Shown: positions 54,001 to 63,000 of the stretch, piece by piece | Position numbering within the stretch: position 1 is the first letter of the stretch | Layout: each line of letters starts with the position of its first letter | Origin: an uncultured Planctomycetales bacterium | GTDB taxonomy: Bacteria > Omnitrophota > Gorgyraeia > Zapsychrales > Fredricksoniimonadaceae | Direction: 5' to 3' | Assembly: GCA_964583975.1 (NCBI GenBank) | Contig: CAZOXU010000003.1 | Location: forward strand, 92,153-156,152 | DNA: 64,000 nucleotides | Notes under the pieces: generated by a model | The model's input: only the letters and a program-made list of their open reading frames with translations | Told to the model about the DNA's origin: nothing | The model's database searches: none | Program-made: the position numbers and the translations under genes

Positions 54001-57000
54001 CATTTCTTTGAGCTCTTCATAGGTCACCACATTGATCTTGCCTTCTTTTAACTTTCCACCGCTCACATAACGTTCTCTATTATTGCCTTGCATGGCTTTT
54101 TCAGCCAAACCACCGCTAGTAGGCTTACCAATAATGATTCCTCTGACTTTCCCACCTTGAGATCTCTTGTCATTAACATAATCAATCAATTGATCCGCAA
54201 GTATGCCTTCCATAACAGTTTTACCACCGCTCATCTGCAAGGATAAGACCATACCATCTAAGCCCCATTTGTTATTACGTGCTGGGTCAGCAATTTTGTC
54301 TACGAGTTTTAAAAGGAAATCGATTTTATCAACCAAATATTGTCTTTGTCCTGCTTTAAGATTTGGAGCAATTGGTTTTGCTGCTTCTTCTGGGGCTCTC
54401 TTCTCATTAAATTCCAAATTCTTTTGGTTAAATTGTTTTAAGGCTTCAGGGGTTACTTTCTTAAGTATGTCTACCAGTGCTTTTTCATGCGTTGTTGCAT
54501 CTGGACGACTAGCCAATTGGCTTAATTGTTCCAAGTGATCTTGTAATGAGTTTTCCGTAGACAATGTTTCTTTTATCTTATTTAAGATCTCTGATCCCTT
54601 ATCTTTATGATCTCGTTCTTGTCTAGACACATCTTTTTTAAACGAATCAACCAACGATTGTTTCTTATTAGCATCATAGATAGAGGTTACGAAGAGGTCT
54701 TTGCCTGTCTCTAACAGTTGTTTACGGATGCTGCCGAGAATGAGGGTACGTTGTCGGGCGATATCTTCTGCTGGCTGAGCAGCTTCAGCAGCTGAAGTTT
54801 CAGAAGAACCCTGGCTAGCGAGTTTTTCACCCTTTGCTTCTACATTACCTTTAGCTAAATCATCGACTTGAGCTGCTTGTGTTTGTAATTTCTTTAACTC
54901 ACTTGCATCCTTGGCTTCTAAGACACTCTTGATTAATCGGGCGCGTTCTTGCAAGACATGTTGTCCAATGGCAGCTCGTATATCGGCGGGTTTTTCTCTC
55001 AAAGCAACATCGATTTCACCTAATAGTCCTTCTAAGACAGGGCGATCAATCTCACCCTTGGCTAATTGATCGGATAATCTAATTCTAAAATCAACGTCTG
55101 ATTTCAATTGCTTATATAAAGGATTGGCAGGATCTGCGTCAGCCATTTCATTAATACGAGCTAATTTCTCGCGAGCAATCAGTTCATTGGTCTTAATTTC
55201 AATTTGTTCTGGTGTGGCTGACTCGCCTAACTCTGTTCTGGCAGCAGTTTCAAACTCTGCTCTCTTGGTTCTCTCAACCTTACTTAAATTTTCTAAAGGT
55301 CGATCGACCTTGGCCCAGGCAGCCTGATCTTTAATGGCTTGACGTACTTCGGGGCTTAAAGAAGCATCTTGAGAAACTTGAGTGCTGATATTTTCAATAT
55401 TCTTTAAAACAACATCGGCATCATTGCTTCGACCCACTGCATCTAACAATTGGGCTTGAAAACGCATCATACGCATGACTAAAACATCGCTTTCACCAGA
55501 AACCTTCAATTTTTCCTGGCTTTGACGAATTTCTGCTATCTTACGCACCACTCGGTCCAAACGTTGAGTGAGTTCTTGGGTCGATCCAGATTTATTTAAA
55601 GCGGTGATACTTTCCGTTGTGTTTACCGTTTGACCTGGTTGTAAATATTCAATAAGGAAATTGACCTTGGTATTAAGTTTGTCTTGGATCATCTGTCCTA
55701 ATTGAGAGTCTTGAACTGTGCTTAAGATTTCTTGGGCTGTGTTTGAGCTGGCTTGATCACGTAATCCTTGCTCAGCAATAAATACTAAATGAGTAGCCAA
55801 GACGTCTGCCAGAAAAACTCGACTGCCGTTGGTAGCCCCAGGCAATTCTTTGACTATTTGCTTGGATAAATCTATTTTTGCTTCATTAAGCGCTTTGATC
55901 GTTTCTGGTTGCTTAACATCACTGGCTTTAAGAGCATCACGGAAAGTCTTATAAGTATCGAGCTTATATAAAAATTGCATGTGTTCGATGTAAGATCTTT
56001 GCTGAGAACCTTGAGGAGCTAATTCTACAGCTCGAGCTATCGATGCCTGTGCTTCCCTTATATTTCCGCCCTCATAATAAGAATTTGCTAAATCTGTATG
56101 CGCATGAATTGATGCTGGATAAGCAGTAGCTCGCTCTTGCAGTTTTTGCTGCTGTTGTTGCGGATTATCTTTTAATGAATTAGCTTCTGATTTCAAAATA
56201 GCCTCCCCCATCTGAGCTACTAATGGGCGATCACCTATTTTTATGGCTTCTTCGTATACCTGTTGATAAATTCGTCTTGCGTCGCTTCCACGATTTAATG
56301 CATCTAAGGCAGCTGCTTTTCCGATGCGAGCTTGAGTATTCTCAGGGCTAATTCTCAATGTCTCATCAAATTTATTATGGGCTTCCTGGAATTTTCCTTG
56401 TTCTAATAGAGAGTATCCTTTTTGGATTTGAGCTGGGTTAGCCATCACTGCTGTTGGTTTAAAGAACAAACTGTAGAAAGCGATCGATTGTGCATCTTGT
56501 TGGACAAGTGACTGCACTTGCTGATTGATAGAAAAATCATGGATAGTTTTTAATCCTTCCTTGACATAATCGTTCACAAACCCGTCACGTTCTGTGCCAG
56601 TTAATTTCTTACCATTGGCTAGAATATCGGCCTGTTGTCGCAGAGATTGTTCATCTTTATTTATTCCCACTGTATCCCAATAGCCAGAGTTAGATTCCTT
56701 GCTAGCTTTCTGTTCATAAGATTTTCTCAAAGTTTCGTTATTTAAAATGGCTTGCTGAGAAACAGCTTGGACAACACTTAGTTGAAGGATAGTTGCTGGC
56801 ATGCTGTGCAACGCGCCATTGTACAAAGCTTTAGCAATATCAGGGGATAAATACTTAGCAACAAATCCTTTGCCAATCTCTGTACTTGTTAAAGCTGATA
56901 AAGGCATTTGAGCTATAGCCAGTCCTGGACCAAGATGTAAACCACTTTGGGCTCCTTGGGCCATGCTTGTAAAGGTGCCTTCTAAAACACCGCCTTTGAC

Positions 57001-60000
57001 ACTCTCATTGTAATTCTTTATAGCTTTGTCCCATATGCTGATAGGCACTATAGAAATATTAGAATTCTCATCAAAAACTATCTTCCCCTTCTCATCTCTC
57101 TTAATTTGTCGGTCTAAATCAGTCTCTCCAGTAATCAATCTGCGTCGGGCGCCATCGAGCAGGGCATCTACAGGAACCTGTGCCATTCCCCAAGCTGGCA
57201 TGGTGGTTGCAAAATCTATTGATCCTGCTAAAGAAAGTTTCCAGAATAGATTTGGATTCTCTGCTAAACCAACAAGGCCTATGGTTTGTCGGCCTTCACG
57301 GGTCCATTCACCAAGTCTTCCTTTAAATAAAGAATTTCCGCTTAATAATGCTCCTGCTAAGGCTCCTTTACCAATGTAGCCCCATCGATCAGAGAAATTC
57401 TTTACATTAGAATCAGCTAAAGATATTCCGTAACCCCCTAAAGCTCCAATAAATGTTCCTGTGCCTAATTTGGCAAACTTATATCCTAAAGAAGTTCCTG
57501 GTGCTGTTCCTCCAAAAGCTAATTTTAAAGCTCCTGAACCTGTAGCTAAACCTGCCAATCCAAAACCTATCATGTAGTTGGCTCTTCGCTCACTCATCCA
57601 GGGGTCAACTTCCGAGATTGGATCTAAGAAAGAAGCTCCATATCCTGCAGCTGCTTCTGTGGTCGTTAGCAATAAAGTTTTCTGCCACCATTTCATACTC
57701 TTTTCGGCGCTAGCTGGTAGTAAAAACTTATCTTCTCCATAAATCGCAACTCTAGACCATCGTGGAAGGGTTGTTAAAACCCCTCCCATAGCTGCACCTA
57801 AAGTGAAGTCCCCGATCATGTTTGATGCAAAAATGTTTTGGCCTAAAGAAGCTCTGTTAATACCTCCGCCGATAGCACCTATTAACCCATAGGCTCCAAT
57901 ATTATAGATAGTGTTACTGGTGGTTCCTGCTGCAAATAGAGATGTTGGTGTTTTCACAACACCTAAATTCTTTAATCCTACTTTTCCAAATCCTAAAGCA
58001 GCGCCAGCAACCATACCAACACCGAAATCTCTTAAACCTTCGCCCAAGCTATAATTGGTGGATACCCTATCCCAGAAAGAATTTTGGCTACCTTCTAAAC
58101 CTGCTGTAATAACACCTCGACCAACGTTAAGAGTACCTCCTGCTAATCCCATTGTGATATAAGGATGTTCGGCAACAAAGGCACTAGAATTTATAGCTGC
58201 TCTTGCGGCAGTTGTACTAAAAGCCCCTTGTTCTCCCTTCATTGCGGTCTGCCAGATGGTATTAGGATTGAAGATAGTCTTTGCTAAGTGTCCAGCTCCC
58301 ACCAACCCTGCTTGAAGTAGAACAGCTGTTTGTGCTCCTTCCTTAGTCGCAATCAAGGCTGATTGGAAATCTCCTGTCTGAACATAACTTGCTCCGCCTG
58401 AGATAGCTCCCCAAATGATGGCGCTTTTTTGGTAACTGCTTAAAGATCCCAAAGCTCTTGAACTTAAACTCATGGCTTTGGCGGCCTCAGCTGCTTTGGT
58501 AACAGCGTTTAGCGCTTCAGCTCCTTCAGCAAGCTTTCCACCAACGCTTGCTGCTTGACCACCTTTTCCAACCCAACCTGCTGGTGTAACCATTGCCACG
58601 GTTGAAGCAATACCAAAAAGTGAAGGGCTGGTGACGTCAAAAGCTTCAGCCGTTTGCATTCTTGCCCCAAATTTATGCATCAAGCCCCATTGGAAGTTTG
58701 TTATTTCACCTTTTTCACCCCCCAAAAGACTGTCTGCAAAGAATCCTTTAAAGTTTTCCCACTTACCATTTCTATAGACTCTTAAGTGTTGTGGAGCCAC
58801 GAGAACATCATTAAATTCTTCTCCCCAACCATTGGTTGCTTCTTTTAATCGCAGACCTTTTTCTACAGGCTGAGCTGTATCGTTATCAATAATTAATCTT
58901 TCAAAATCTCCACTAAACTGATTTCCTAAATCATATGTTCTTAGTATTTTTGTTCCACCTTCGGAATCTGTAAAACTTTGAAGACCTACCACATTAAATA
59001 ATGTCGGCTTGTCAGTGGGAACAAAATTCGGCACTCCAGCGGTCTTTGCAATGGTATTAACTTCCGCAACCTGCTCAACCTTGGTGCCGGTGCTATCAAT
59101 AGAGTAGACCTTCAATAGTCCATCGTTAGGATCAACGGCTTTGAAATATTTAAGACTTGAACTCAAGTCTCGAATTTCTCCAGAAACTCCTTCAATGCTT
59201 AAAGTTTTAGTTTCTCTTGGGGGTTCATATTTATCCGATACTTTACTAACATCTACTTGTTCAACCTTGCCGGTTTTAGGATCTACCAAATAATATTTAT
59301 CCAAACGATATTCCTGTTCATATCCATCTGGACCTCGGTGACCAAATGATCTGTACCCTTTTATTTCGATGCGACCATCTGCTGTTTCTCGAAAACTCAA
59401 ACTGCTAGGATCTAATCCCATATCAGTTTTAATAAATTCACCAAGATTCTTATTATTGACACGGGTTTCTAAATTGACTCTTTGGGGCGTCTTTGTTTGA
59501 GTTTCATCAACATATTCATCAAATGTTTGAACCTTTCCGTTGCCTGAGTTTAAATCAAAAACAAAGGTGTTGTAGTCGGCTACCTTATAGTACATGGGCA
59601 TGACATCATCATGATCGGATTCGGTATGCTCTCCTACCTTCATTCTAAAGACAACTCCTCGATCGCCATTTGCTAAGATGAGTTCGGGAGTGACAATTTC
59701 GATTTCAGGCTTACCTAACTTGTCTATGGTTTGGGCTAATTCTTTATTTTGATCTTTGAAGACTTCATAGATCTTTGCTTTGGGGATAAATGATTTTTGA
59801 TTTTCATCAAACCAATATTGGCCCTGTACGCCCTTGCCTTCTTTACCGCCATTTCTAATAACATCCACCAGCTTCTTCTCCCCTTCTTTTCTAACATCGA
59901 TAAGGCCTATGTCTTGGGAGCTTGTATTGATTAAATGTGTATTTCCATAATATTGTGTGGCAGAACCGCTACCGATGCTGTCTAAGCCAACCTTATATTC

Positions 60001-63000
60001 TGTTTTACCTGAACCAACTAAATGTTCATTCTTAAGACTTACGGTTAAATCATTTTTCTCTGTGAAAGCCGGTTCTTCCTTAGATTGTTCAGGATTTTCT
60101 GCTGGATTGGCCTGGGCTTTAGCGATATCTCGAATACCCTTTCCTAAAGCTAAATCATTGGATTGTACTAATAGCGTCAGACGTCCACTTTGAACGTCAT
60201 AATCAGAAATTGTTCCTGTGCCTCCCAGGGAGTCCTTCACCTCTTTTGAACCGAATTGTATTCCGTCTTTTCCTCCAACAATCCTGCCTAACGAATCCAC
60301 ACGCAAGAAACTCAATTGTTGAGCGATTTGAACCATCTGCCGGCCTTCATCGCTTTTTAGATAAGCTTGTTGCATCTCGAGCGTGACCTTGGTACCTGCT
60401 AAATATTTCTGGCCATTAATGGTTGTATCTTTATCTAGTATTTGACCAACAGGGAATACTTGTTTAGCCATTTCCATTGATTCAATGGCTCTAAATGTCT
60501 CTCCTGTTGTTGCAGCCATGGCTGATTGACCAAAACTCTTATCAGCTGCTTCTGGTGAAATATTGAAAGGCACTGTGAGCGCCTGAGCTTGATTAAAATA
60601 GAATTGGTTCTTTCCGTTAAAAAGACTTCCTTCCATGGTGTCGGTCGCAATAAGAACCTTTTGGTCCTTACCATCCACCTTACGCATCCCTTCAACATCA
60701 AACAGATTTAAGTCAAATCTTGTATTGTTAGTTAAGTGGGTGTTGCCATAATTTTGCACAGCTGAACCATTAGCTGTGCTATCTAAAGTGATTTGATATT
60801 GAGCAATTCCGCTACCGATCAATTTTTCTGGTCCTCCAGAAACGTTAAAATCAACAAAATCTTGGGCTCTCTTTGGTTTTGCAGCACCTTCTGCTGCTGG
60901 ATTGCCTTCTTTCATAAATTCATTTTCTGGAATAATCCCTGCGCCCACAGGCAAAACTTTTCCTGCGACATCCAATCGCAATTGTCCATTAACCAAATCA
61001 ATGTGCTTGATGTCTGCTGTTTGTCCTGATGAATACTCGAGAGCTCGAGGAATCATTAACACGCCCTTGGATGCAAAATCAATATCAACTATGCCTCGAG
61101 TAGGGCTTACTTTTAACATCGTCAAATCGAGGGCCATCTGTGTTAACTCTCGACCCTTGGGACTATGCAAGATCGCATCATGCTGCTCTTGAGTTATTTT
61201 CTGTCCTGCTTTTAATTCAATCGTTTTTCCGTTAACACCCATGATGCTTTCATCTTTAAGAATTAAGGATCCTGCAGGATAAACCGTGTTAGCTAAAGCC
61301 ATTGTTTGGACAGACTTAAATGCATTATCCTTAGTTGCCATCAAGGCCGATTGACCTAATTTAGCTTCATCTCCTTCACGCATTAAACTTTGATTGGAGC
61401 TAAAATAAAATTCATTTTTACCATCAATGGTATTGCCTTCAAGTGTGTCGGTAGCAATGAGGACTTTTTGGTCTTTACCGTCGATCTTACGAATGCCTTC
61501 TAAATCAAACAGGTTTAAATCAAATCTTGTATTATTGGTTAAATGGGTATTACCATAAAACTGGGTTGCAGATCCGGATCCCAAGTTATCGATGCTTAAC
61601 ATGTACTGGGCCACTCCCTTACCTTGCAAGCCTTTGGGGCCTACGGTGACTTCAAAAGGAAGATAGCTTGGCTTAGATGTGCCTGAAGCGCTTTGCCCTC
61701 TAGCCTTAAGCTCTTGTTGAACTAATTTTTCTTGTTCGACTGGACTAAGCTCAGGGTGATCTTTTTGCACTTGAGTTCTAACAAATTGATTCTCATTCAT
61801 TTTTCCAGCGCCAACTGGTAACTGGTCTCCACTAACAGCCACCTGTAATTGTCCGTTGATGGTTTTTAAATCATCAACGTTGGTTAACCCTATGGCTCCT
61901 GTAGGAAATTCTACAATTGGACTGCCTAACTGGGCACCCAAGACTTTGCCCGCAGCATCTCCTTGTAAAAATTTAAACTGCTGGGCCATTTGTGTCTTTT
62001 CTCTGCCTTCTGGATTCATTAAATAATAATCATGTAAAGGATTTTCAGCATAGGAGGGATCTAGATCTACTCCTAAAACAAGATTTCCCGGCAAGTTAAC
62101 ACCTGGTTTTTTCAATCCTGGGATAGGAATCAGAGCGCCTGGCACAATATTAGCTAAATCCATGGATTGGACCGATCTAAAGGCTTGTCCTGGAGTAGCC
62201 TTGATTGTCCAGATTGGAATAGTTGAAGGTGATTCTCCCTCGGGAACATAAAGCCTTTGAGATTTATCTAAATTCAGCTTATCGCCCATTAATATTTCAT
62301 GAGCCACATCAATGCCTTCGTTATTTTTCATGTCGAATAAATTAACGCCCATGCCTCCTACGTTAGATTTTACGTACAAGGCCGTATCACCATAGAACTG
62401 TGTTCCTCTTCCGTGAGCAATATCAATAGCGTATTGAGCATCGCCCATGTTAACTAAGCGATCATTAGCTGCTGACAAGAATAATTTGTTAAGTGGTGCA
62501 GCATTAGAAGCTGGGGCTGTTTGATCAGTTGATTGATTAAATACTGGTTCTGGTAAGATTCCTTTAAAGGAAGCTAAATCTAACGAGGAGACATTTAATT
62601 TTAATTGACCATTCTCATCAACAACAACACCTTCCTTGCTTTTCAAAATACCTTTTCCGCCGAGTGAGTCATAAATAAATCCATTAGCAAAACTGATTCC
62701 TGAATTGCCTCCAACAATACCGCCAGCTGAGTCGAGTGTTAAATCAGAAAGGTTGAGTCCCAACTGAGCATATCGTCCACCCTTAGCTAGTGCTTGTTGT
62801 TTATTGATATCGAAGAGTGCTTGCATTTGTGGCGTTACGGATTCATCTTTGCGACCAATGACTATGCCGTTTAAAACAACGTCATGAGCTAATTTAGTTC
62901 CAACTAATTTGCCATCTTTATCTAACACGGCTACAGCTGGCAATGCTAAATCGGCCATCTTCATGGTGATGACTTTTTCAAATTGACCACGCCAATTAAT

